DNA of 32,311 bases from a virus (taxonomy: Duplodnaviria > Caudoviricetes). The stretch is from IMG/VR virus record IMGVR_UViG_3300021560_000046, positions 1 to 32,311 of that record, one strand, 5' to 3'. Below are positions 8,858 to 18,010 of the stretch, in pieces (position 1 is the first letter of the stretch; every line of letters starts with the position of its first letter). The translations under genes and the position numbers were made by a program. The notes below the pieces were generated by a model, which was given only the letters and a program-made list of their open reading frames with translations, did not search any database and was not told the DNA's origin.

Positions 8858-9160
8858 TTACCCTTTCCTCTCTGGTGGATTGATGATGCCAAGATCGGCA
8901 AGCTGCATGTCGATATCGGCTTGTTGCTGGACGCACCACGCGCGGGCGCTCGCTAGCATCTCTGGGCTTGCGGTGTCGGCCGGGACGAGGACCGTCAAGG
9001 CAAGCTCGGCCGGCGCTACCTCACCGGCTTCGGCCGGCCGGGGCGACACGGCAAATTGCGAGACATAGCCGCCGGTATCGATCAGCGAGATGATCTGGCT
9101 CACCAGTTCGCGCCGATAGTGCAGCGCCGTGGCCTGCGGCAAATGAGCATATTCGGTCAT
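8858..9160 (-). CDS. fibre-associated small protein, paralog 2
   Basis: ATGA overlap with the fibre 2 stop; clear similarity to 11117-11458. Confidence 0.8.
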   Translation of the reverse strand: MTEYAHLPQATALHYRRELVSQIISLIDTGGYVSQFAVSPRPAEAGEVAPAELALTVLVPADTASPEMLASARAWCVQQQADIDMQLADLGIINPPERKG

Positions 9161-11109
9161 TGCGCCTTCCCTTTTAGCGTTTTTAGCGTTTCGACTTCAG
9201 CGGCCAGTTCTTTCATTCCATTGATCAGCACACAGACCAGCGTCATCAGATCGAGGCTCAATATGCTGTCGCCGTCCTCGACCATATCCGGCGCGGAACC
9301 GATGCTCATCGGAAGGTGCGGCTGGACATCCTCAGCAATCAGCGAGATGTGCCGCCTGTCGTCCGGTCTGATCCGCTTCTCGCCGCGCTCACACCACTCA
9401 AAGCTGACGGGCTCTAGCGTGCGGATGACGGCCAGACCGGCGGTCCACGGCTCGATCGCCTGCTTCAGCCGGCGGCTCGATGTCGAATTGAAGGCGCTCG
9501 CCGTCATCCCCGAATTCCACGCGTAGAAGCCCGCATCGCCCGAGCCCGCGCCCCTGACCACTTGGCCGTTTGAGCTATCGGCGGTGAAATTGCCGTTAGC
9601 ACACTCGTAATTGCCGTTGTCGGCGTAAAAGCCGTTCCCCCAGGTGCGGAAGCCTTGAACCGACCCAGTCCAGCCGCCGTAATTCTGGATCGTGCAACCG
9701 CCTACTTGGACCGTGCTGTCGGCTATGAGGCTGCCAAGCGCATGGACGTTGTTGCTGGACATGAAGTCCCAGGTGCGCAGACTGCCGCTGAAATACAGCC
9801 AGCCATTGCCAAAGGCGTTGTAGAAGGTGCCGCCATAGACGTTGAGTTGGCCGTCGATGGAGCAGTCACCCTGGACGTGGGTCGAGGTGTTGATCGTCAG
9901 CCAGCCGCCGCTATTCTGCAAATAGATACCGTTGATCCAGACGTAGCCGCCGGTCGCCAGCGAGTGGCTGGAGGAGACTTCGCCGGTCGCGCTGATCGTG
10001 CTGCCGCCGCTGATCGCCGCGTCGGCGTGCATATACCCGCCGCTGTTGTACCACCACAGCCCGTTGACGGCGATCTGGGTGCAGTACATCGCAGCCTGGG
10101 CATGCACGTCGCCATTGTTGTAGATGAACAGATGATCGCCGCCGCTGTTCGACCAAATCCGGCAGATGCCGCTGTCGGCGTAGAGGCACCATTGCTGGCC
10201 GGTGTTGTCGTTCCAGTAGAAGTGCCCGTTATTGGTGAGGCTGATGCTCCCGTTTGAGGTGATCCCACCGCAGGAGAGCGAGCCGTTGATCGTGGCGTTC
10301 CCGTCTTGGATGATCGACGCGCCGCGCAGCCGAAGGTTGAGATTGCCATCACCGATATAAATCTGGTCGTCGTTCCAGATCGTCGCGATAAAGCGCTGCG
10401 TGCCGTTTACCTGTCGCCCGTAGAGATAGATCGCATTTTGCAGTTGGAGGCCGGTGCCGATGCTGACGAGGCCGTCCACCATGCCGATCATGAACGGGCG
10501 AAGGTTGTTCCACGTGCCGTTCTGGTTTCCCGAATTGGTGAGCAATATATAAAAGTTCGAGCCGTCCTGGCGGAACATCGCGCCATAGCTGCCACCCACC
10601 AGCCGGAGCCCGCCATAATTGCCCGCCCCGATGGTGCTGATGAATTCTCCCTGCGCGATGACATTGCCGCCATCGAGATAAATTATTGTTCCCCGCAGAT
10701 GCGCGGGGCGGTCGGTATTGCCGACATATAGTTGGTTGTCGCCCCACATGGTGATGAGGCCGCGCGCCGCCCCACCCGTGTCCATCCCAAAAAGCCATTG
10801 CTGATTGGCGAGGATCAGACCGGCATTGGCGGTCGGTGCGCTGTTGAAGATGATCTGGCTTGCCGCTGCCGCGGTCAGCGTACTGTTGACCGTTACCGCG
10901 CCGTTGGCGGTGAGCGCACCATTGGCGGTGAGCGCACCATTGACTATCAAATTGCCGGGGCTATCGAGCGTCCCTCCGGCAAGCGGAAGGAATGGGCCGG
11001 ATTGCACCGTGATAGCCGAATTCCACTTGGTCCCGTCCCACGACCAGCTACCGAGGCCGGCCGTATAAATTGCCCCGATAGCAGGACTGTTGGGGTAATC
11101 CAGAGCCAT
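9157..11109 (-). CDS. tail fibre 2 with Peptidase_S74 chaperone (650 aa)
   Basis: Probable start MALDYPNSP. Has the YG.MFRQDGSNFYILLTNSGNQNG.WN.LRPF fibre motif; C-terminal SSRRLKQAI..LEPVSFEW..LIAEDV..LINGMKEL. Confidence 0.9.
   Translation of the reverse strand: MALDYPNSPAIGAIYTAGLGSWSWDGTKWNSAITVQSGPFLPLAGGTLDSPGNLIVNGALTANGALTANGAVTVNSTLTAAAASQIIFNSAPTANAGLILANQQWLFGMDTGGAARGLITMWGDNQLYVGNTDRPAHLRGTIIYLDGGNVIAQGEFISTIGAGNYGGLRLVGGSYGAMFRQDGSNFYILLTNSGNQNGTWNNLRPFMIGMVDGLVSIGTGLQLQNAIYLYGRQVNGTQRFIATIWNDDQIYIGDGNLNLRLRGASIIQDGNATINGSLSCGGITSNGSISLTNNGHFYWNDNTGQQWCLYADSGICRIWSNSGGDHLFIYNNGDVHAQAAMYCTQIAVNGLWWYNSGGYMHADAAISGGSTISATGEVSSSHSLATGGYVWINGIYLQNSGGWLTINTSTHVQGDCSIDGQLNVYGGTFYNAFGNGWLYFSGSLRTWDFMSSNNVHALGSLIADSTVQVGGCTIQNYGGWTGSVQGFRTWGNGFYADNGNYECANGNFTADSSNGQVVRGAGSGDAGFYAWNSGMTASAFNSTSSRRLKQAIEPWTAGLAVIRTLEPVSFEWCERGEKRIRPDDRRHISLIAEDVQPHLPMSIGSAPDMVEDGDSILSLDLMTLVCVLINGMKELAAEVETLKTLKGKAQ
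10904..10942. repeat. 18-bp tandem duplication (NGALTA x2) in fibre 2
   Basis: TTGGCGGTGAGCGCACCA twice, in frame. Confidence 0.8.
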
Positions 11110-11116
11110 CGGAATT

Positions 11117-11458
11117 TTACTTCTTTGCCGGCGGCGTGGCGCTGGCGAGTGCCGGAGGGGACGTGACACCAAGATCGGTAAGCTGTTGTTCAAGACTGGC
11201 CTGTCGCGTCACCAGCCATGCGCGAAGGTCGGCCATCAGTGTATCCGATGCCGGAGCGTCCAAAGTAATCGTAACCGCCATTGGAAACGCCGTGGTTCCG
11301 ACAGGCGGAGCCGGTTGGATACCCATTGGTGGAGGTGGAGCACCGACTGAGAAGTTTGTCAAAGTGCCACCACTATCAATATTACTGATAGCCTGTTGTG
11401 TACGTTCACATTCACCGTGTAACACATTCACTTGCGGCACATCGGCATAGTCAGTCAT
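11117..11458 (-). CDS. fibre-associated small protein, paralog 1
   Basis: ATGA overlap with the fibre 1 stop; helix-hairpin-helix-like pattern ending QL.DLG...PP. Confidence 0.8.
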   Translation of the reverse strand: MTDYADVPQVNVLHGECERTQQAISNIDSGGTLTNFSVGAPPPPMGIQPAPPVGTTAFPMAVTITLDAPASDTLMADLRAWLVTRQASLEQQLTDLGVTSPPALASATPPAKK

Positions 11459-13857
11459 GCTACCCTCGCTTTTAAGGTTGCCACTTCATCACTTAACTCT
11501 TGCACCGCTTTCCACAGCACGGCCATAAGCTCGAACGGCGCGAGGGCTTGCATTCGCGGGCTTTTAGGCACCTCCGGCGGGGGCGCTGGGAATGGGTGGT
11601 CCTCGCGATAGTGACCGCCAAAATCGTGGCCCGCGGCCTCCATCGCCGCTCCGACATCCTGGGCAACAAACCCCCAGTGAAGCCGCCAGCGGTCATAGAC
11701 CGGCGCGTTGATGAGACGGTAGCGCCGGGGCCGGATCGCCTGCACGAGATCAAGACAGGTCGGCAGATCGGCAAAGTCTGTTTTCTCGCGGGCGTCCGAG
11801 GCGTTGACAAAGGCGTATGAGCCGACCGCCCCCCAGCTTTGGGTCCACGGCTGAACCCCGCACCACCAAGAGTTGTCCTGGGCGGCCATGTGGTTCCAGC
11901 ATTTAGAGTTGCTGTTGACGTTGAGGTCCATGCAGCCGGTGGTGCTGAAATTGCCGCTAACCGTCATGTTACTGCCACATGTCATGGCCCCGTCGCAGTG
12001 GAGACTGGTGTAGGAATACAGCCCGTTGCCACCCGCCAGATAGCCTTGCGGGCAGTACATCCAGCCGTTCCATGAGATATAGCCCCCGCCCGTCCCGCCA
12101 GCATATAAAGAGCCACCCGCGATAATGTTGCTGCCAGACAGAATGGGACTGCCGGTGTACATATAGCCGCTACTGTTTGACCAAGCTGGACCATTTATCC
12201 CGCTGCATCTTAGATAACCGTTAGCGGCGATGTCACCGGCAGAGTTGATCGAGGCGTTGGTGTACATATAACCGCTGTTCATTCCCCAAAAGTTGTTGCT
12301 GGCGCTGAGATAGATCGCGCCATTAAGGTGCTCGTCTCCCCCGGCAGTGACGTACCACAGCGCGCTGCCTTGGTAATTCCAGAAGATCAGCGCGCCATCG
12401 CTGCTACGCCACTGTAAGCTCCAGTTGTCACTGCTAAACTGGAACTTAGCGCCGCCGCTATCGTAGTAAATCCGAAAGGCGGTGCTATTATTGTAGGACG
12501 GGTATAAACTATTACCGCAGACTATGTCGCCGGTTGACTGAAGCCTAGCGGCGCTAAACCAGCCACTGGTATTGATCGACGCGACATTCGTCCCAGCATA
12601 ATTCTGAAACCACCAACCGTTAGTACCACTACCCATTTTGAAAACTATAGTATTAGCATCAACGTAAAACAGCGGTCCGCCCGTCGTATTAACATCGCCA
12701 CCAGCACCCGCGAAGTAGAGATGGTTACCGGATAACCACAGACCGTTAGTACCGAAAGTCGCGATCTGCGCCCAAGCCGGGGCTGTCCCTGCCGCTGCAC
12801 TCGGCGCGTTGTAAAACTGAAACCCCCCACTCCCCATATTAAGCGCGGCGGCAGGGCCGGTATTTAGTAGTTTCGCGGCACCGGCTGCGCCGACATAGGC
12901 GTTCTGAAATAGTACACTCCCGCCGTTACTGGTGAGAGCTTGGTTCATGATGACCGCGCCGGTATACAAATCACCGGGCGCAGGAGTGTAACCGATAGTA
13001 ATGCCACCAACCGCGTTTATATAGAAATCGGTATAAGTCCCTCTTGGACTGAGCCAAAGAGCGTTGGTTGTGAACGCGCCGATTATACCGTTATTGAGTT
13101 GACCAGTACCGGCTAACAAATAAACACCGCCCTGTCGCGCCCACAGCATAAGGTTGCCGGTAGCATCGCCGGAAGTGGCGTTAGCCTTTTGTGCCAGTAT
13201 ACCGCCGTAGTCGGCCCAGGCTCCCGCCGTCGTGTATTGTCCCTGAAACGCGAGGCCGCCGCCAACACCAGCCGCCATCGCGCGACCATCTTGAAAAGAC
13301 GCTGTTTCTATATCCCAATAGTTAACTGGCGACGCTCCGGGTGTACGCAGGGCCGCGAGTGTCGCGCCGGCAGGATTGGCTGCACCACCAATCAAGAGCG
13401 GACCGCCGGGGATGCTCACAACCCCATTAGTCCCAACGACCATCCCCACCGCTTCCGAGCCTGCGCTAGAAACGTAGAAAGTGTGGGCCTGCGAAATATA
13501 GTCGATCGATCCGGCAGAGAGGCCGATGCCAAACGAGCCGGGGCCTGTGCCACCGTTAAAGAAGTCGATTTTGTTAATGACGGGCGGCGAACTGGCATAC
13601 GTCCCGCCAAATTGCAGGACGCCGGTCAGCGGCACCGTCGCGCCAGCGGTCAGCGGCAGATACGGACCACCGCCAGCACTATAGCCAGGGCCGCCAATCG
13701 GGATGACATTAGTCGCCATCTGCGCGCCGTTGTCACCCTTCCCGTAGTACAGGATGTTATCAGCCTCGTTATAGGCCAGTTCCGCCGTCGCCAAGCTCGA
13801 CGGTGCGCCCGTCGCGCCGGGTGCGAGCCGCCGCTTAATACGAATGACATCGACCAT
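11455..13857 (-). CDS. tail fibre 1: Mtd_N/hyaluronidase-like N-terminus, Peptidase_S74 C-terminus
   Basis: N-terminal VIRIKRR....AP.SLA.AELAYNEADNILYYGKG; C-terminal SDAREKTD..IRPRRY..HWGFVAQDV..LWKAVQELSDEV. Confidence 0.9.
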   Translation of the reverse strand: MVDVIRIKRRLAPGATGAPSSLATAELAYNEADNILYYGKGDNGAQMATNVIPIGGPGYSAGGGPYLPLTAGATVPLTGVLQFGGTYASSPPVINKIDFFNGGTGPGSFGIGLSAGSIDYISQAHTFYVSSAGSEAVGMVVGTNGVVSIPGGPLLIGGAANPAGATLAALRTPGASPVNYWDIETASFQDGRAMAAGVGGGLAFQGQYTTAGAWADYGGILAQKANATSGDATGNLMLWARQGGVYLLAGTGQLNNGIIGAFTTNALWLSPRGTYTDFYINAVGGITIGYTPAPGDLYTGAVIMNQALTSNGGSVLFQNAYVGAAGAAKLLNTGPAAALNMGSGGFQFYNAPSAAAGTAPAWAQIATFGTNGLWLSGNHLYFAGAGGDVNTTGGPLFYVDANTIVFKMGSGTNGWWFQNYAGTNVASINTSGWFSAARLQSTGDIVCGNSLYPSYNNSTAFRIYYDSGGAKFQFSSDNWSLQWRSSDGALIFWNYQGSALWYVTAGGDEHLNGAIYLSASNNFWGMNSGYMYTNASINSAGDIAANGYLRCSGINGPAWSNSSGYMYTGSPILSGSNIIAGGSLYAGGTGGGYISWNGWMYCPQGYLAGGNGLYSYTSLHCDGAMTCGSNMTVSGNFSTTGCMDLNVNSNSKCWNHMAAQDNSWWCGVQPWTQSWGAVGSYAFVNASDAREKTDFADLPTCLDLVQAIRPRRYRLINAPVYDRWRLHWGFVAQDVGAAMEAAGHDFGGHYREDHPFPAPPPEVPKSPRMQALAPFELMAVLWKAVQELSDEVATLKARVA

Positions 13858-15423
13858 CTAGAACGTCCCACCATCAATGGTAATACCGTCTATGGTCCCG
13901 CCGGTTATCGCGACGGCCGTCGCGTTCTGGGTGGACATCGTCCCGAGGCCGGTGATGTCGGTGTTGGGAATAGTCGCGACGGTGGTAAAGGGATTGGCCG
14001 CATTGGCCTTGAGGTAGCCGGCCGTAAAGGTTGCCGCCCCGCTGCCGCCGCGCGCCACAGTGATCAGCGAGCCGTTCCAAGTCCCGGTTGTGATGGTCCC
14101 GAGCGTGGTGATGCTCGTCTGGCCGACATAGGTCGGGTCGATGGTGATGCCGCTGCCGCCAACCGAGATAAAGCCCGCTACCCCCAGCGCGGTAATGACG
14201 TTGCCCGAGATGGTGATGCCGTTGCCGGCGATGATGTCGGTCGCACCGTTCAACTGGACGAAGGGGATCGTGGTGGTGCCGACAGTGACCGGCGTCGATG
14301 GGTTCGACAGCCACAAGGTGTTGGAATTGACGGTCCCCATCTCGACCGGGACAAACGCGCCGGGGAATTCGGCGCTGCTATCCATATCGACGTTGCGGGT
14401 CAGGATAAACGGCAGCGTGCCGGAACCGACCTGGGTGACGTTGTAAAGCCCGTTCTGCGCCGCCGCGGCTTGGTTCTTGATCAGCACGATGTTGCCGACA
14501 GCGGGCGCGTTACCGTCGATCGAGAGCGCGCCGTTGGCGGTCGCGGTCAGGGTCGCGCCCACACCCGCGGTGCCGTTGGCGTAGGTAACCGCCGGCAATG
14601 CCGCCGCTGTCGCGTACTGCGCCGTAGGCTTGTACTGAACGCCCTGTATCGTTGCATCTACATAGTTTTTCGTCGCCGCGTCTTGCGGATTTGTTGGGTC
14701 GAGGAGGCCGGTGATCTTGTGGCTGCCCCAAGGGACATCGATGTTGGGCGGCTGAAGCTGATCGATACGGGTCGCGAGGACAAACTGCGTGGTCGCGATC
14801 TGGGTGGTGTTGGTCCCGTTGGCGGCGGTCGGCGCGAGGGGCGTACCGTTAAAGCTGGGCGATGTTAGCGTCGCGGCGTTGAGCATCGTCATGACCTGGG
14901 CAACGGTCAGATCGAGCGCGTTCGCGCCCGCGCCGGTATTGTTGCCCTTGAGGCTCATTGTCGGCATCTGCGCAGCGAGCGCGTTGGTGATGCCGTTGGT
15001 CGCGACCGCGATCGTGACGTTGCCGGTGCCGCCGCCGGTCAGGCCGGTGCCGGCGGTGATGTTCGTCACACCGGAACTCACCGCGCTGATCGCGCTCTGG
15101 ACAAAGGCGGTAGTGGCGATCTTGGTTGTGTTGTCGGTCGCGGGCGTGACGGTCGGCGCTGTCGCCGGATGCACGTGGTCGGAGCGCGACCAAGTCCCGT
15201 TTACGCCGGAAACGGCAGTAGCCGCCGGTTGTAAGGGGAGCAAATTTGACGCGAGCCCCTGCCCAGCAATGGCAACGATCGCCGTCGCGTTACCGCTGGA
15301 ATTGCCTTCGCCATAATACAGCGTGTGATCGACTTCGTTGTACGCAAGTTCGGCGTTGGCAAGCCCTGCCGGAGCCCCCGGCGAGCCGGTCAACCGGCGC
15401 TTGACGCGGAGGGTATCAGTCAA
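13858..15423 (-). CDS. fibre/adaptor protein: Mtd_N-like N-terminus, IDGGTF C-terminus
   Basis: TLRVKRR...LANAELAYNEVDHTLYYGEG; fibre motifs SRSDHVH, P.APTA..GTNTTQIATT.FV, DPT.PQDAATKNYVD and VLIKNQ..A.QNG.Y.V. Confidence 0.85.
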   Translation of the reverse strand: MTDTLRVKRRLTGSPGAPAGLANAELAYNEVDHTLYYGEGNSSGNATAIVAIAGQGLASNLLPLQPAATAVSGVNGTWSRSDHVHPATAPTVTPATDNTTKIATTAFVQSAISAVSSGVTNITAGTGLTGGGTGNVTIAVATNGITNALAAQMPTMSLKGNNTGAGANALDLTVAQVMTMLNAATLTSPSFNGTPLAPTAANGTNTTQIATTQFVLATRIDQLQPPNIDVPWGSHKITGLLDPTNPQDAATKNYVDATIQGVQYKPTAQYATAAALPAVTYANGTAGVGATLTATANGALSIDGNAPAVGNIVLIKNQAAAAQNGLYNVTQVGSGTLPFILTRNVDMDSSAEFPGAFVPVEMGTVNSNTLWLSNPSTPVTVGTTTIPFVQLNGATDIIAGNGITISGNVITALGVAGFISVGGSGITIDPTYVGQTSITTLGTITTGTWNGSLITVARGGSGAATFTAGYLKANAANPFTTVATIPNTDITGLGTMSTQNATAVAITGGTIDGITIDGGTF

Positions 15424-16763
15424 AAGTTGCCTCCATCGATCACGTCGTTATTCGCCATAATGACCTGTGTCCAAGCTGCGTTCTGTCTGCCATAACCAAA
15501 GCCGTCTTGCGGGGCCTCTGGTATCCCGCCGCCGCCTCCTCCGCTCCCTGGCGGGCCGGCCGGCCCCGTATCGCCCTTGTCGCCCTTTGGGGCGGTGTTC
15601 GCGATAACCCACTGGACGCTATTTCCGTCGTCAAATCTCACATAGAGCTGACCGCCATTGGTGTCCCACCAAAGAGTTCCGGGGCCTGCGACCGGAGGCA
15701 CGGTCCCCATCGCGACTTGGGCGATGCCATAGCCCTGGTTCTTGACCCACGCCGTCGTCGCAAAATGCGTCGAGCTATCACCCGTCGTCATCGTGACGCC
15801 GGTCGCCTGCCCCAACGCCGTGGTCCCCTGCACTGTCAGATTGCCGGTAATCGTCCCGCCCGCGAGCGGGAGAGCGCCCAAGTTAATCAACGCCTGCGCC
15901 GCGGTCGTCGCGTTGGTGCCGCCATTGGCGATCGTGACCGGGATCGCGAGCGCGATCGTGCCGCTGGTGGTGATCGTCCCGCCCGTGAGCCCGGTGCCCG
16001 CGGTGATGCTGGTCACCGTCCCGCTGCCGCCGCCTCCGCCGCCTCCGCCGCCGCCAATCGGCTGACCATTCTGAAAAAAGCCGCCGGATGCGTCGATTTT
16101 GCCATCCGCCTTGGTATCGCCCGTGATGTGCGTGTTGGGCGAATTGAGCGTGTTGGTGCCGCTCGCCTTCAGCGTGTTGTTCTCGGTGTCGGTGTTAAAG
16201 CCCTTGCCGTTGACCGCGAGCGGATTTTGCGGCGTGGCAAAGGTAAATGTACCGCCCCCAGACGGATTAAAATCCATGTTGGTCTTGCCGTCTGTCGTCC
16301 GCATCTGCCAGCTATTGGCGCTGACATTGGGGAGCGCATTCGGCGTCGAGCGGAAGCCGGGGATAAAGAAGCCGTCCGACAGATCGTGCATCCGGCTCGA
16401 AAACTGGTTTTGCTGCCCGCCTTGCTGGTGCCACAGATCGATCGAGCGGTCGGCAAAGATCGCCAAGCCCTCGTCGCCCTTTTGCACCGGGATGGTGATC
16501 GCCATCCCGCCGCCGCCGAGATAGAGCGTCGGCATGGTCAGCTTGGGGATGGCCTGCCAGCTAACCGTGCCATCCGGTTGCAGGATGGCGGATTTGGTCG
16601 CGACATTGCCGTCTACCGTGTTGCCCTTGGTATCGTGGCTCTCTGCGATGACCGGGGCGGCGACGCGGATCGACGCTTGGTGCATCTCGCGGTTTTGCCG
16701 CAATTGCTCATCCGGCTCGTAATACCGCTCAGAGACATCAAAAACGCCGGCATCGTCGGGCAT
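15420..16763 (-). CDS. baseplate central spike (Gp138-like N-terminal domain) fused to fibre-like C-terminus
   Basis: GGGG..IT.PV.KGDEGL.IFADR.ID.W...G......R.HDLSDGF.IPG (Gp138_N). Followed by a poly-Gly linker, fibre motifs, a short collagen-like run and IDGGNF. Confidence 0.88.
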   Translation of the reverse strand: MPDDAGVFDVSERYYEPDEQLRQNREMHQASIRVAAPVIAESHDTKGNTVDGNVATKSAILQPDGTVSWQAIPKLTMPTLYLGGGGMAITIPVQKGDEGLAIFADRSIDLWHQQGGQQNQFSSRMHDLSDGFFIPGFRSTPNALPNVSANSWQMRTTDGKTNMDFNPSGGGTFTFATPQNPLAVNGKGFNTDTENNTLKASGTNTLNSPNTHITGDTKADGKIDASGGFFQNGQPIGGGGGGGGGGSGTVTSITAGTGLTGGTITTSGTIALAIPVTIANGGTNATTAAQALINLGALPLAGGTITGNLTVQGTTALGQATGVTMTTGDSSTHFATTAWVKNQGYGIAQVAMGTVPPVAGPGTLWWDTNGGQLYVRFDDGNSVQWVIANTAPKGDKGDTGPAGPPGSGGGGGGIPEAPQDGFGYGRQNAAWTQVIMANNDVIDGGNF

Positions 16764-16770
16764 CAGCGCC

Positions 16771-17106
16771 TCACGGCATCACAAGGAAGACGTGCCCGTC
16801 TATCCCAAGATTGAGAAAAGTCGGCACGCTGTCCGGTGACACAAAGGGACCGACAGTCGTGGTTTGCAGCATGGTAAAGGCCCCCAGCGATAGGTAGCCA
16901 AATTGCTCCAAAAGGTCCGCGCCGGTCACGATGGCGATCCCATTGATCACGGGCGTGCGCCCGTCAGCCGCATAGATGTCGAGCACCCAGCACAGCGTGA
17001 CCGTGTTCCACTTGAAATAGAGCGTGTAGGAAAGTCCGTCGTTCCACCCGATGAGTTCGTAGAACGGATGCCCGCTCTCGGTCGGAATTTCCGCGTAGGT
17101 CGCCAT
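16771..17106 (-). CDS. baseplate plug-like protein (DUF6983-like)
   Basis: Y.L...WN.....WVLDI...DG..P.I.GI.IVTGADLL.QF.YL..G......PTF.NLG...H.F. Confidence 0.8.
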   Translation of the reverse strand: MATYAEIPTESGHPFYELIGWNDGLSYTLYFKWNTVTLCWVLDIYAADGRTPVINGIAIVTGADLLEQFGYLSLGAFTMLQTTTVGPFVSPDSVPTFLNLGIDGHVFLVMP

Positions 17107-17107
17107 G

Positions 17108-18004
17108 TCAGGGACTGCTGATCGTGGCGGGCGAGGCACCGGGCGGCGGCTCGATAAATTCCGAGGCTTGCATCGGCGGCGCGGGCTTGATCGGGATCAC
17201 CTGTCCCGCTTCGTTCCCGGTGTTGAAGGTGCCAAGCTGCTCGACATTGGTGGTGTTGATTTCCTTTTCGGGGGGCGGCCCATCCGGATAATTCTTGATC
17301 GAGGCATCCTCATAATTCTGCACATCGGCGCTCGACGGCGTCTTGGTCGCTGTTTCGCCCTTACCAGCGGGGGTCGCGGTCTTTTCCGGATCGGTCTGTT
17401 CGCTGTTGCTATCCGATTTACCGCTGACCGTTGTGGACGTGGTGTTGACGATGATGACTTGGCGGCAAACGATATTGGCGACGAGGCTGAATTCGTTGTG
17501 CTGGTCGGTGGTCACCGCCAACCGCTCGATCAGCATGTTCTTATAGTGGCGCTTCCCGGTGTAGATATCGAAGGGCTGGAATGATGTCTGCAACGAGAGG
17601 AGAAGCCCATAAACACCACTCTCGGCGGATAGATCAAACGCAGTAGCTTTTGACCATCCCGCAGTAATCGCAACTTGTTGTGGACGAGCGAAAGCATGAT
17701 CTGAAATCGGAGCCCCAGCTTCTACTGGATGGTCTGTGATCTGCACTTCATCGGTGTGCTGTTCGTCTATAGTAATCTGGGCAAATATGCCGCCAATACT
17801 ACGCCGATAAGGAATAAACAGCGCGGGCGTCCAATTGGCAAACGGCGTGACATAAGAAGCCGCGCGCCCTGCGATGGTGCTGACGACATTACTAACAGCC
17901 GTGCCCGCGATACCGCCGAGCGGGCCGCCGATCGCATTAGCGACCGCGCCGCCAGCGAGGCCCCCGGCCAAGCCGGGGAGATTGGGAGGAAGAAAGCCTG
18001 CCAT
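17108..18004 (-). CDS. Dit-like tail tube initiator / baseplate protein
   Basis: TI.E.H.D...IT.HPVE.GA.ISDHAF..P, Y..LL.LQ....PF.I.TGKR.Y.NMLI. Confidence 0.85.
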   Translation of the reverse strand: MAGFLPPNLPGLAGGLAGGAVANAIGGPLGGIAGTAVSNVVSTIAGRAASYVTPFANWTPALFIPYRRSIGGIFAQITIDEQHTDEVQITDHPVEAGAPISDHAFARPQQVAITAGWSKATAFDLSAESGVYGLLLSLQTSFQPFDIYTGKRHYKNMLIERLAVTTDQHNEFSLVANIVCRQVIIVNTTSTTVSGKSDSNSEQTDPEKTATPAGKGETATKTPSSADVQNYEDASIKNYPDGPPPEKEINTTNVEQLGTFNTGNEAGQVIPIKPAPPMQASEFIEPPPGASPATISSP

Positions 18005-18010
18005 TGAGCC

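Noticed and set aside
2542-13857. Invertible fibre cassette or shufflon
   Set aside because: All fibres are complete and co-oriented; no invertase or flanking inverted crossover sites were seen.
13189-14868. Long plus-strand ORFs (559 aa here; also 3985-5055, 7182-8276, 15507-16814, 28327-29676)
   Set aside because: They lie antisense to clear structural genes and are Arg-rich with no motifs; these are typical shadow ORFs of high-GC DNA.
2542-15423. Diversity-generating retroelement suggested by Mtd_N-like domains and Asn-rich fibres
   Set aside because: No reverse transcriptase and no template/variable repeat pair differing at adenines was seen. The fibres end in S74 chaperones rather than C-type lectin folds. 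An element outside the window cannot be excluded.
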